Virus record (IMG/VR): IMGVR_UViG_3300017903_001334
Span: 1 to 45,980 of that record
Strand: one strand, 5' to 3'
Length of the DNA stretch: 45,980 bases
Source of the DNA: a virus
Lineage: Duplodnaviria; Caudoviricetes
Shown piece after piece: positions 8,224 through 18,275 of this stretch (position 1 is its first letter; every line of letters starts with the position of its first letter). Position numbers and translations under genes: made by a program. The notes beneath the pieces are model-generated. The model worked only from the letters and a program-made list of their open reading frames with translations. It did not search any database and was not told where the DNA came from.

Positions 8224-8505
8224 ATGGCAAAAAGAAAAACTCCGAAGGTGAAAGACCTTCGACCAGAAAAAATTAGCGAAGAGCAACTAAAAAAGTTGCA
8301 AAACTTAGTCAAAGCTGTTAATGAAGGAAATCAACAGCTAGGTCATATAGAAGTTCAAAAGCACAACTTGCTTCACGACATCATGCAAATTCAAGCTATG
8401 ATGTCTCAAATTCAAAACGAATTTAAGAAACAGTACGGCGATATAGATATTGATATATCTGACGGGACAATTAAATATAATGAAAATGGAAAAGCTGATT
8501 CGTAA
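8224..8505 (+). CDS. Hypothetical coiled-coil protein (93 aa)
   Basis: Heptad-like Gln/Leu-rich helix ending YGDIDIDISDG. Confidence 0.75.
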   Translation: MAKRKTPKVKDLRPEKISEEQLKKLQNLVKAVNEGNQQLGHIEVQKHNLLHDIMQIQAMMSQIQNEFKKQYGDIDIDISDGTIKYNENGKADS

Positions 8506-8707
8506 AATAACAATAGGCAAAGACTACAAAATTGACGCTATGCACTACTCCGTAGGTCAAGAAGTTTACGGCGGTCATACAATATGCGATATAGTTGAAG
8601 AAGAAAACAAATACAGCATTTACATTAGAAAAGAAAAAGATGTAATGCCTTGGAAAGACTTCAATAAAAATATGGCTATATCAGTTGAGTATAACTTAGA
8701 GTATTGA
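8486..8707 (+). CDS. Hypothetical protein (start at 8480 or 8486)
   Basis: MEKLIRKITIGKDYK..., overlapping both neighbours. Confidence 0.7.
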   Translation: MEKLIRKITIGKDYKIDAMHYSVGQEVYGGHTICDIVEEENKYSIYIRKEKDVMPWKDFNKNMAISVEYNLEY

Positions 8708-9075
8708 TGTCTGATTATAATAAAATGCTAGAAGACATAGGCGTGTCTGAAAAGCAAGTTCAAGATATTACTAATCAATGCAAAGTAATAGAGTTTGATA
8801 GTAATGTTTATTACAAATCAAAGTCTAGAATACACGGCGAAGGTGTTTTTGCTAGCAAAGATATTGATCGAGAAAGTATAATTGGATTAGCAACTATAGA
8901 CAACTTTATAAAAACTACTCTTGGTAGATTTGTAAACCACTCTAATAAAAAAAATGCTAGATTTTATTCATTAAAAAATAAAGATTTAGTTTTAGTTGCA
9001 GAAACAAAAATACTAAAAGATCAAGAGATATTAGTAGATTATAGAGATCATGTTTTATATCAAAAGTTTTTATGA
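8707..9075 (+). CDS. SET-domain protein-lysine methyltransferase
   Basis: The SET signatures occur in order: SRIHGEGVFA (GxG), GRFVNHS..N (NHS) and QEILVDY (E[LI]xxDY). Confidence 0.88.
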   Translation: MSDYNKMLEDIGVSEKQVQDITNQCKVIEFDSNVYYKSKSRIHGEGVFASKDIDRESIIGLATIDNFIKTTLGRFVNHSNKKNARFYSLKNKDLVLVAETKILKDQEILVDYRDHVLYQKFL

Positions 9076-9686
9076 GAAGTTTATATAATTTTGTTGTCGA
9101 ACCTATTGGCCAAAGATACAATAACGTTAAGTCTATTGACAATAAAGAGTTAATAGTAAACTCTGAAAATTTTAATCATGAGTTTGTTAATAGAAAAGCT
9201 AAAGTAATATCTCTACCTAAAATTGGTGAGTATGATATAAAGATTGGCGATACAGTGATAGTACATCACAACGTGTTTAGAAGATGGTTAGACGTTAAAG
9301 GTAAAGAGAGAAACAGTAGATCTTTCTTTAAAGAGAATATATACATAGTAAGCGCCGATCAAATATTTTTATACAAAGCAGAAACTAATTGGACTAGATT
9401 TAAAGATCCTGTGTGGAAAGCTATGGACGGTTACTGCTTTGTGCAACCTTTAAAAGCTGTCGACAGTTTTAATATTGAGCAAGAAAGACCTTTGATAGGC
9501 ATTGTAGAGTATACAGACGGTAAGTTTAAAGAAAAAGATTTAGTTGGTTTTAGACCAAGCTCTGAGTATGAGTTTATCATCGAAGGTAAACGATTGTATA
9601 GAGTAATGAATAATTTTATTACAATTAAATATGAATATCAAGGAAACGAAGAAGCATATAATCCAAGCTGGGCACAAAGCGGTTAA
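9072..9686 (+). CDS. GroES-like protein with two tandem Cpn10-like domains
   Basis: FVVEP...KAKVISLP...IKIGDTVIVHH followed by CFVQP...GIVEY...KEKDLVGF...EGKRLYRV, i.e. two GroES-fold-like repeats. Confidence 0.6.
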   Translation: MRSLYNFVVEPIGQRYNNVKSIDNKELIVNSENFNHEFVNRKAKVISLPKIGEYDIKIGDTVIVHHNVFRRWLDVKGKERNSRSFFKENIYIVSADQIFLYKAETNWTRFKDPVWKAMDGYCFVQPLKAVDSFNIEQERPLIGIVEYTDGKFKEKDLVGFRPSSEYEFIIEGKRLYRVMNNFITIKYEYQGNEEAYNPSWAQSG

Positions 9687-9909
9687 AGAGTTAATAAAAG
9701 TTGCTGAAGAGCAAATTATAACTAATACTGAAGATGACGTATCTGCCGATCGTCTTAAAAATGCTGCAGCTACTAAAAAGTTAGCTATATTTGATGCGTT
9801 CGAAATACTTAACCGTATACAAGAAGAAGAGAATATTTTGGAAGGAAAGACACCTGAAGAAAAAAAAGAACGAGTATTTAAAGGCTTCGCGGAAGGCAGA
9901 TCGAAATGA
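9631..9909 (+). CDS. Putative terminase small subunit
   Basis: Helical 92-aa protein directly upstream of, and overlapping, terL. Positional call. Confidence 0.5.
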   Translation: MNIKETKKHIIQAGHKAVKELIKVAEEQIITNTEDDVSADRLKNAAATKKLAIFDAFEILNRIQEEENILEGKTPEEKKERVFKGFAEGRSK

Positions 9910-12125
9910 GTTATAAGCAAACTTTATATAAAATAATTGAGCCTATAAAGCTAACAACAATTAATAGATTAAATAAATCAAAGAAGTGGAAGTACGGCTA
10001 TAGTAAAGAACATGATATTGTTGTAATATCAAGAACAGGGCAAATAGGTGATATATACGAAATACAAAACTTAAAAATAGCTCTACCAAAACAACCAAAA
10101 GATGTATACAGCAATAAAGACAAAAAATGGAAAAAGTTCGATTATCCAAAAGAACTATCGAAACTTAAGAACATATTTGACTGGAGAGATTACCCGGAAG
10201 AATCAAAGGAAAAGTGGTATGACTATATCGACGCAGAGTTCGAACGTAGAGAAGCAGGATTTTGGTTCGATAATAACGGGACACCTACATATATAACAGG
10301 TACACACTATATGTATCTGCAATGGAGCAAGATCGACGTTGGAGCTCCTGATTTTAGAGAAGCTAATAGATTATTCTATATATTTTGGGAAGCTTGCAAA
10401 GCAGACACTAGATGCTATGGTATGTGTTATCTTAAAAATAGACGTAGTGGGTTTTCGTTTATGAGCTCAGCTGAGACCGTTAACTTAGCTACAATATCAA
10501 GTGATGCTAGATATGGAATATTATCAAAAAGTGGAGCTGATGCTAAAAAAATGTTCACTGACAAAGTTGTACCAATATCTATCAATTATCCGTTCTTTTT
10601 CAAGCCGATACAAGACGGTATGGACAGACCTAAAAGTGAACTTGCTTATCGCGTTCCTGCTAGTAAGTTTACGCGTAGAAAAATTACTGCAAACGAATCG
10701 CAAGAAGAGCTGGTTGGACTTGATACTACTATTGACTGGAAAAATACAGGTGATAACAGCTACGATGGAGAAAAACTTAATTTGTTAGTACACGATGAAA
10801 GTGGTAAGTGGGAAAGACCTGATAATATTCTTAACAACTGGAGAGTAACTAAAACTTGTCTAAGGCTAGGTGCTCGTATAGTTGGTAAATGCATGATGGG
10901 TTCAACGAGCAATGCTCTTGATAAAGGCGGTGATAATTTTAAAAAGCTGTACAATGATTCAGACGTTACAAAGCGAAATCGCAATGGACAAACAAAGTCT
11001 GGTTTATATTCTTTGTTTATCCCAATGGAATGGAACTATGAAGGATTTATTGACCAATACGGACAGCCTGTATTTAATAACCCAGATCATGATGTATACG
11101 GACCCAACGGTGAATTAATAGACTACGGAGTTGTAGACCATTGGCAAAATGAGGCTGAAGGATTAAAATCTGACCAAGACGCGCTTAACGAGTTCTATAG
11201 ACAGTTTCCAAGAACTGAAGAGCATGCGTTTAGAGATGAAACAAAAAATAGTATATTTAACTTAGTAAAAATATACGAACAAATAGATTATAATGAAGGT
11301 ATTGGTAGTTCTTCTGTTTGCAACACAGGAAACTTTCAATGGGTTAACGGAATAAAAGACACTCAAGTAATATTTTATCCAGATCCAAAAGGTAGATTTA
11401 AAATATCTTGGACACCCCAACAACACCTTCAAAATAAAATAATAGTAAAAAATGGAATTAAATTTCCTGGAAACGAGCACATGGGCGCTTTTGGCTGCGA
11501 CAGCTATGATATTAGCGGCACTGTTGATGGAAGAGGATCTAACGGATCTCTTCATGGGTTGACTAAGTTTTCAATGGAAAGCGCACCAGCTAATACGTTT
11601 TTTTTAGAATATATAGCTAGACCACAAACCGCTGAAATATTTTTTGAAGATGTATTAATGGCATGTGTATTTTATGGTATGCCACTGCTTGCTGAAAATA
11701 ACAAACCAAGATTATTATACTATTTTAGAAGAAGAGGTTATAGAGGATTTAGTATGAACAGACCTGATAAAACCTGGAATAAACTTAGCGTAGCTGAAAA
11801 AGAGATTGGTGGTATACCAAACTCAAGCGAAGATATAAAACAAGCGCACGCTGCGGCTATAGAGATGTATATACAAAACCATGTTGGTCACCTACGTGAT
11901 GGTACTTATGGTACTATGTATTTTAATGAAACGTTGAATGATTGGGCTAAGTTTGATATAAACAAAAGAACTAAGTTTGATGCTTCAATAAGTAGTGGAT
12001 TAGCAATCATGGCTTGCAATAGACATTTGTACGCGCCGAGCGCTAAGATAGAGAGACAAAAATTAAATATAAACATTGCTAGGTTTAATAACAGTAGCAC
12101 TGTTTCAAAAATAATTAAACAGTAG
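9906..12125 (+). CDS. terL: Terminase large subunit
   Basis: Walker A variant LKNRRSGFS, Walker B LLVHDESGKW, MGST coupling motif, and RNase H-like nuclease FGCDSYD...FDASISSG. 739 aa, crAss-like type. Confidence 0.93.
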   Translation: MSYKQTLYKIIEPIKLTTINRLNKSKKWKYGYSKEHDIVVISRTGQIGDIYEIQNLKIALPKQPKDVYSNKDKKWKKFDYPKELSKLKNIFDWRDYPEESKEKWYDYIDAEFERREAGFWFDNNGTPTYITGTHYMYLQWSKIDVGAPDFREANRLFYIFWEACKADTRCYGMCYLKNRRSGFSFMSSAETVNLATISSDARYGILSKSGADAKKMFTDKVVPISINYPFFFKPIQDGMDRPKSELAYRVPASKFTRRKITANESQEELVGLDTTIDWKNTGDNSYDGEKLNLLVHDESGKWERPDNILNNWRVTKTCLRLGARIVGKCMMGSTSNALDKGGDNFKKLYNDSDVTKRNRNGQTKSGLYSLFIPMEWNYEGFIDQYGQPVFNNPDHDVYGPNGELIDYGVVDHWQNEAEGLKSDQDALNEFYRQFPRTEEHAFRDETKNSIFNLVKIYEQIDYNEGIGSSSVCNTGNFQWVNGIKDTQVIFYPDPKGRFKISWTPQQHLQNKIIVKNGIKFPGNEHMGAFGCDSYDISGTVDGRGSNGSLHGLTKFSMESAPANTFFLEYIARPQTAEIFFEDVLMACVFYGMPLLAENNKPRLLYYFRRRGYRGFSMNRPDKTWNKLSVAEKEIGGIPNSSEDIKQAHAAAIEMYIQNHVGHLRDGTYGTMYFNETLNDWAKFDINKRTKFDASISSGLAIMACNRHLYAPSAKIERQKLNINIARFNNSSTVSKIIKQ

Positions 12126-12127
12126 GT

Positions 12128-14548
12128 ATGGCGAATTACGCAAATAATTATTTTCCAAGTCAAGTCGTTAGCGATTTAGAGAAAATGTCGATGGAGTATG
12201 GGTTGAAAGTAGCTCAAGCTATCGAGCGTGAGTGGTTTAACGAAACATACTCAACTAATAGATATTATACCAACAAACAAGAGTTTCACAAGCTAAGACT
12301 TTACGCTAGAGGAGAGCAGTCTATACAAAAATACAAAGATGAATTATCAATAAATGGTGATTTGTCTTATCTAAACCTAGACTGGAAGCCTGTTCCAATT
12401 ATTCCTAAATTTGTAGACATACTAGTTAATGGTATGTCAGATAGATCATACAAAATAAAAGCCACCTCTCAAGATCCTTATGGTATGTATAAAAGAACTT
12501 CATATATGGAGTCTATATTAGAGGATATGAGAACAAAAGATCTAGCTAAGTTTAGCAAAGAAAGATTTAAAGTAGACATATTTAACACTCCAGAAGATAA
12601 GCTTCCAGAAAGTCAAGAAGAGCTAGACCTTCACATGCAGCTAACATATAAGCAGTCTGTAGAGCTTGCAAACGAACAAGCTATTAATGTTTTACTTGAA
12701 GGTAATAAATACGAGTTAATAAAGAGAAGATTTTATTATGATTTAGCTGTATTAGGTATGGCTTGCGTAAAAACTTCTTTTAATACTTCTGAAGGTGTTA
12801 AAGTAGAATATGTTGATCCAGCAGATATAGTATATTCTTATACAGACTCACCTTATTTTGAAGACATATACTACGTGGGAGAAGTTAAGACCTTACCTAT
12901 AAATGAAGTTGCTAAAGAGTTTCCTAACTTAACAGAGTCTGATTTAAAAGAAATATCAAAACAATACAACGTTTCTACTGGTAAATATAGCGCTTATCAA
13001 AGTAGAGGCGAAAAGTATCAAGATGAAAACAAAGTAAAGCTTTTGTATTTTAACTATAAGACTTTTATGAACGATGTTTATAAGATAAAGTCTTTGCCAA
13101 GCGGCGGCGAAAAAGCAATACAAAAAAACGATCAGTTTAACCCGCCGGAAGAAAAGCAAGTTAATTTCTCTAGAATTAGTAAAAAAGTTGAAACTTTATT
13201 TGAAGGCGTTTTAGTATTAGGCACTGATAAAATATTAAAATGGCAGCAAGCTAAGAATATGATTAGACCTAAGTCTGATTATAACAAAGTTCAAATGAAC
13301 TACAGTATTGTAGCGCCCCGTATGTATAATGGTAAAATTGATTCGTTAGTAAAACGTATAACAGGTTTTGCTGATATGATACAGTTGACGCATCTAAAGC
13401 TACAACAGGTTATGTCACGTATGATACCAGATGGTATATACTTAGACGCTGATGGCTTAGCTGAAATAGACTTGGGCAACGGTACAAACTACAATCCACA
13501 AGAAGCTTTAAATATGTTCTTCCAAACAGGTAGTGTTATTGGCAGATCAATGAACGAGCTAGGAGAGCCTAATCAAGGTAGAGTACCTATACAAGAAATA
13601 GCTTCTAGCTCTGGTGGTCAGAAGATGCAAAGTTTAATACAAACTTACAATTACTATTTACAAATGATACGCGACGTCACAGGTCTTAACGAAGCTAAAG
13701 ACGCTTCAGTTCCTGATAGAAACGCGTTAGTAGGAATACAAAAATTAGCGGCCGCTAATAGTAATACAGCCACAAGACACATATTGCAAGCTGGTTTATT
13801 TTTAAGTCAAAATGTAGCTGAGCAGCTATCTCTTAGAATATCTGACTTACTTGAGTTCTCTCCAACTAGAGACGCGTTCATACAAGCTATAGGTGTTCAT
13901 AATGTTGGGACTTTAGAAGATGTTAAAAGTTTGCACCTTTACGACTTTGGAATATCTCTAGAGCTTGCGCCAGATGACGAAGAAAAACAATTGTTAGAAA
14001 ACAACATACAGCAATCACTTCAGCAGCAAGCTATAGATTTGGAAGATGCTATTGATCTTAGAGAAATTAAAAATATTAAACTTGCTAACAAGCTGCTTAA
14101 AATACGTAGAAAAAAGAAAGTAGAGCGCGATCAACGCATGCAGCAAGAAAACATAAAAGCTCAAGCTCAAGCAAACGCTCAAGCTCAGCAAGTCGCCGCT
14201 CAAGCTGAAGTTCAAAAAAGTCAAGCTTTAGTTGAAACTCAGATACAATTAGAGCAAGCTAAAACTCAAATGAAAGCTGAAATATTAGCTCAAGAAGCTA
14301 ATGTTAAGAAAGAATTAATGAATTATGAGTTCCAAATAAACATGCAGTTAAAGCAGATGGAGCTTAGCATAAACAAGCAAAGAGAAGACAACAAAGAAGA
14401 TCGAAAAGACGAAAGAACTAAAATACAAGCTTCTCAACAAAGTGAACTTATAGACCAGAGAAAAACAGGTAAACCACCTAAAAAGTTTGAATCATCAGGT
14501 AATGATACGTTAGGTGGCTTTGGCTTAAACAATTTTGAACCTAGATAA
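12128..14548 (+). CDS. Portal protein
   Basis: 806 aa, follows terL. WKPVPIIPKFVDI motif and a long Gln-rich C-terminal coiled coil (barrel). Confidence 0.9.
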   Translation: MANYANNYFPSQVVSDLEKMSMEYGLKVAQAIEREWFNETYSTNRYYTNKQEFHKLRLYARGEQSIQKYKDELSINGDLSYLNLDWKPVPIIPKFVDILVNGMSDRSYKIKATSQDPYGMYKRTSYMESILEDMRTKDLAKFSKERFKVDIFNTPEDKLPESQEELDLHMQLTYKQSVELANEQAINVLLEGNKYELIKRRFYYDLAVLGMACVKTSFNTSEGVKVEYVDPADIVYSYTDSPYFEDIYYVGEVKTLPINEVAKEFPNLTESDLKEISKQYNVSTGKYSAYQSRGEKYQDENKVKLLYFNYKTFMNDVYKIKSLPSGGEKAIQKNDQFNPPEEKQVNFSRISKKVETLFEGVLVLGTDKILKWQQAKNMIRPKSDYNKVQMNYSIVAPRMYNGKIDSLVKRITGFADMIQLTHLKLQQVMSRMIPDGIYLDADGLAEIDLGNGTNYNPQEALNMFFQTGSVIGRSMNELGEPNQGRVPIQEIASSSGGQKMQSLIQTYNYYLQMIRDVTGLNEAKDASVPDRNALVGIQKLAAANSNTATRHILQAGLFLSQNVAEQLSLRISDLLEFSPTRDAFIQAIGVHNVGTLEDVKSLHLYDFGISLELAPDDEEKQLLENNIQQSLQQQAIDLEDAIDLREIKNIKLANKLLKIRRKKKVERDQRMQQENIKAQAQANAQAQQVAAQAEVQKSQALVETQIQLEQAKTQMKAEILAQEANVKKELMNYEFQINMQLKQMELSINKQREDNKEDRKDERTKIQASQQSELIDQRKTGKPPKKFESSGNDTLGGFGLNNFEPR

Positions 14549-14570
14549 CTATTAACTTATATTTTATATT

Positions 14571-15731
14571 ATGGAAGAAAACGAAAACATTGAAGAAGTA
14601 CAAAACGAAGAGACTGTACAAGAAGAGCAAGTAGAAGAGCAAGAATCGCCTGTGTCTTACAAAGATGATGGCACTATTGTTCTAGATATGAACAAAATAA
14701 ACGAATTAGAAAATGCCGTTCAGGAGCAAAACACAGATGAGGTATCTGTTCGCGACGAATCCGAAACTAGCGAAGAAGTACGCGGAGAAAACGTCCAAGC
14801 AGCAGATGAGCAAGTTACCGAACAAAGCGAAGAGCCGACAGAAGAATTAAAAGAATTAGTTCAAGAAGCTAACGACGCTATTCAACAATCTGAAAAAACA
14901 GGTGATCCTTTACCTGAGAATATAGAAAAATTAATCGGTTTTATGAACGAAACCGGTGGTAGCGTTGAAGATTACGTAAGATTAAATCAAGACTATAGCG
15001 ATATGGACAATCTTACAGCCTTGAACGAATATTATAAAATAACTAAGCCGCATTTATCGGCTGAGGAAAGAGACTTTATGATGGACGATCAATTTTCTTT
15101 TGACGAAGAGGTTGACGACGATCGTGAAATTAGAAGAAAAAAGTTAGCTTTAAAAGAGCAGGTTGCCGAAGCTAAGGCCTATTTAGACGGGCAAAAGTCT
15201 AAGTATTACGACGAGATTAAAGCAAAGCCAATTGTTAGCGATGAATATCAAAAGGCAATGGATTTCTTTAATCGCTATAACCAAGAGGTTGAAGATAATC
15301 AACGAGTTGCAGAAGAGCGATCTAATGTATTTGTAGAAAAAACTAACAATCTATTTAACAACGATTTCAAAGGTTTTGAATATAAAGTTGGAGATAAAAG
15401 TTTTTATTACAACGTTAAAGAGCCTAATAAAGTAAAAGAAACTCAAAGCGATATTAACAACTTCATTAGCAAATATATTGATAGTGAAGGAAAGATTACT
15501 AACGCTGGAGAGTATCATAGAGCTTTATATGCAGCTATGAATGCTGACGCTTTAGCACAGCACTTTTACGAGCAAGGCAAGGCCGATGCTTTGAAAGAGA
15601 ACGTTGCTAAAGCAAAAAATATCGATATGTCTCCTAGAGCTTCATATGGTGAAGTTGAGTCGAACGGTATTAAAGTTAGAGCACTTGATTTAGATACAAC
15701 CCCTTCGTTCAAATTTAAAAAACGAAATTAA
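14571..15731 (+). CDS. Putative capsid scaffolding protein
   Basis: Very acidic disordered N-terminus and helical C-terminus (HFYEQGKADA). Lies between portal and capsid. Confidence 0.75.
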   Translation: MEENENIEEVQNEETVQEEQVEEQESPVSYKDDGTIVLDMNKINELENAVQEQNTDEVSVRDESETSEEVRGENVQAADEQVTEQSEEPTEELKELVQEANDAIQQSEKTGDPLPENIEKLIGFMNETGGSVEDYVRLNQDYSDMDNLTALNEYYKITKPHLSAEERDFMMDDQFSFDEEVDDDREIRRKKLALKEQVAEAKAYLDGQKSKYYDEIKAKPIVSDEYQKAMDFFNRYNQEVEDNQRVAEERSNVFVEKTNNLFNNDFKGFEYKVGDKSFYYNVKEPNKVKETQSDINNFISKYIDSEGKITNAGEYHRALYAAMNADALAQHFYEQGKADALKENVAKAKNIDMSPRASYGEVESNGIKVRALDLDTTPSFKFKKRN

Positions 15732-15755
15732 TTAACAATTTAAAAACTATTTATT

Positions 15756-17279
15756 ATGGCAATTACTAATGGTGGATTATTAAATAGTGTACCTGCTCCA
15801 CAAAAGCAGACGCTAGAAACAAATTACCTAGATTTTACAAGCGGCGCCAATGATTGGGCGCAGCAATACTTACCAGATCTAATGGAGAAAGAAGCTGAAG
15901 TTTTCGGACCGAGAACTATCTCAGGTTTCTTATCAAAAATTGGAGCTGAAGAAGCTATGACTTCTGACCAAGTTGTATGGTCTGAGCAAGGTAGATTACA
16001 TTTATCTTATACTGGTAACGTTACAGACAACACTGGTGCTAACGCTGGTCAAGGCGCCACTGACACGATTACTATTGAAGGTGATATTGATGGTACTGAA
16101 ACAAACGCTTCTAATGCGTTTAATCCTAACAACCATGGTATTAGAGTTAACGATACTATTATCGTAGCTAACTCTGACGGTGTTAGAAAATGTTTAGTTA
16201 CAGCGGTTGTTGCTGGTGGTGCTACTATAGAAGTATCTCCTTACGATGGCGCAAACTTAACAGTTAACACTACTGCTAAAGGAACTACTATTTTAGTATA
16301 TGGTTCTGAGTTTAGCAAAGGTGTTAAGTATATGACTGGTGGCGCTGCTACTACTCAAGAAGATAGTAGAGGTGCTAACGAACCTGCTTTCAAAAGCTTT
16401 ACTAACAAGCCGATCATCTTAAAAGATTATTACGAAGTATCAGGATCTGATACATCTCGTATCGGCTGGGTTGAAGTTACTGGCGAAGAAGGACAGTCGG
16501 GTTACTTATGGTACTTAAAAGCTGAAGCTGATACTCGTGCTCGTTTCAACGATTATTTAGAGATGGCTATGCTTGAATCTGAGCTTAACGTTGCTGGTTC
16601 ACTTATAGACGGATCTAACGTTATGCCTGGATCAGCTGCAGGTGTTAATGAAGTAGGTACTGAAGGTTTATTTGCGGCTATTGAGTCAAGAGGTAATATT
16701 ACTACAGGTATCAACGGTGTTACCGCTGCTACTGATTTAGCTGAGTTTGATTTAATTTTAGCTGAGTTTGATAAGCAAGGTGCTATCGAAGAGAACATGT
16801 TATTTGTTAACAGAGCTGTCTCTTTATCCATAGATGATATGTTAGCTTCTATGAACTCTTACGGCGCTGGTGGTACATCTTACGGTGTTTTTGAAAACGA
16901 CGAAGACATGGCTCTTAATTTAGGTTTCTCTGGATTTAGAAGAGGTTCTTATGACTTCTACAAGTCTGACTTCCGTTACTTGAATGACAAAGCTACTAGA
17001 GGTGGTATCAATGACGCTGCTGGAGCTGAGGCTATCCGTGGAGTTATTATCCCTGCAGGTACTTCAACTGTTTACGATCAGCAATTAGGACAAAATCTTA
17101 GACGTCCTTTCTTGCACGTTCGTTTTAGAGCTTCTCAAACTGACAATAGAAGAATGAAAACTTGGACCACTGGTTCAGTTGGAGCTGCTACATCTGCTTT
17201 AGATGCGATGCAAATCCACTTCCTATCTGAAAGATGTTTGGTAACTCAAGGCGCAAACAACTTCATGTTATTGAAGTAA
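15756..17279 (+). CDS. Major capsid protein
   Basis: 507 aa after the scaffold, with strongly biased codons. Motifs WSEQGRLH, GTEGLFAAIESRG and LGFSGFRRGSYDFYK. Followed by a strong terminator. Confidence 0.88.
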   Translation: MAITNGGLLNSVPAPQKQTLETNYLDFTSGANDWAQQYLPDLMEKEAEVFGPRTISGFLSKIGAEEAMTSDQVVWSEQGRLHLSYTGNVTDNTGANAGQGATDTITIEGDIDGTETNASNAFNPNNHGIRVNDTIIVANSDGVRKCLVTAVVAGGATIEVSPYDGANLTVNTTAKGTTILVYGSEFSKGVKYMTGGAATTQEDSRGANEPAFKSFTNKPIILKDYYEVSGSDTSRIGWVEVTGEEGQSGYLWYLKAEADTRARFNDYLEMAMLESELNVAGSLIDGSNVMPGSAAGVNEVGTEGLFAAIESRGNITTGINGVTAATDLAEFDLILAEFDKQGAIEENMLFVNRAVSLSIDDMLASMNSYGAGGTSYGVFENDEDMALNLGFSGFRRGSYDFYKSDFRYLNDKATRGGINDAAGAEAIRGVIIPAGTSTVYDQQLGQNLRRPFLHVRFRASQTDNRRMKTWTTGSVGAATSALDAMQIHFLSERCLVTQGANNFMLLK

Positions 17280-17288
17280 ATTAATTAC

Positions 17289-17319
17289 GGTCGGGGCTTC
17301 GGCCCCGATCTTTTTTTTT
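17289..17319 (+). terminator. Rho-independent terminator
   Basis: GGTCGGGGC-TTCG-GCCCCGATC stem with a cUUCGg loop, followed by T9. Confidence 0.95.
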
Positions 17320-17339
17320 AATTTTTATTATATTATATT

Positions 17340-18215
17340 ATGACAAAGAAAAAAGTAACAAAGAAGGTTGCTGTAGAACAACCTGAAACAAGTTCTATAA
17401 ACGAAACGATTGAGAAAATTGTTTATACAGAACACAAAACTAAAGATGAAATAGTTGATGTAGCTATTAAAAAGCCTCAGCAAAAAAAGCCTGAGTGGGA
17501 AATAAAAGACAGAGTTTATTATTTAAAAAGTAGAAAAAAGCCTTTGTCTTACGTTTTAAGAACAAATGGTGTTTTTTATTTTGACCAAGAAAAAGGTTAT
17601 GAAAGAGAGCTTAAATACTGCGAAAACCAGCAAACGTGCTTTGTTGACGAAATGAAAGGCGATCAAAGACTTTCTCACGTTATATTTAGAAGCGGCGCTT
17701 TGTATGTGCCTAAAGAAAAAACAGTTTTACAAAAACTGCTATCTATGTATCACCCGCAAAAAGATAAAGTATTCTACGAGCACATGCCGGCTAAAATTGC
17801 TGAAAACGAATTAGACTGGTTAGAGTTCGAAGTTGAAGCTTTGACTGTGGCAAGATCTATGGATATTGATTTAGCTGAGGCTATAATGAGAGTAGAAATA
17901 GGATCTAAAGTAAATGAGTTGAGTTCTAAGGAACTTAAAAGAGATTTACTACTGTTTGCTAAAAGAAATCCTAAACTGTTCTTAGAATTGACTACAGATG
18001 ATAATGTTCAGCTTAGAAACTTTGGTATAAAAGCTGTCGAAGCTAGAATAATTAAATTATCTAACGATCAGCGTTATTTTACATGGGCCTCAAATGATAG
18101 AAAAATCATGACAGTCCCGTTTGATGAACACCCATATTCTGCTTTAGCCGCTTGGTTTAAAACAGATGAGGGCATGGAGATTTACTCTAATATTGAAAAG
18201 CGATTAAACGCGTAA
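17340..18215 (+). CDS. Conserved head-region protein of unknown function (291 aa)
   Basis: Long ORF directly downstream of the major capsid gene. Confidence 0.8.
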   Translation: MTKKKVTKKVAVEQPETSSINETIEKIVYTEHKTKDEIVDVAIKKPQQKKPEWEIKDRVYYLKSRKKPLSYVLRTNGVFYFDQEKGYERELKYCENQQTCFVDEMKGDQRLSHVIFRSGALYVPKEKTVLQKLLSMYHPQKDKVFYEHMPAKIAENELDWLEFEVEALTVARSMDIDLAEAIMRVEIGSKVNELSSKELKRDLLLFAKRNPKLFLELTTDDNVQLRNFGIKAVEARIIKLSNDQRYFTWASNDRKIMTVPFDEHPYSALAAWFKTDEGMEIYSNIEKRLNA

Positions 18216-18229
18216 TCACTATATAGAAG

Positions 18230-18255
18230 AGCAGCCACTCTTCGGGGTGGTTGCT
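18230..18255 (+). other. Stable RNA hairpin with cUUCGg loop and no U-tract
   Basis: AGCAGCCACTC-TTCG-GGGTGGTTGCT with G-U pairs, which fits a + strand RNA structure. Confidence 0.75.
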
Positions 18256-18275
18256 TAACTATAAAAACATAATCA

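Noticed and set aside
9906-17279. Introns or inteins in terminase, portal or capsid genes
   Set aside because: ORFs are continuous and of expected length, with no intein C/S...HN or LAGLIDADG signatures noticed.
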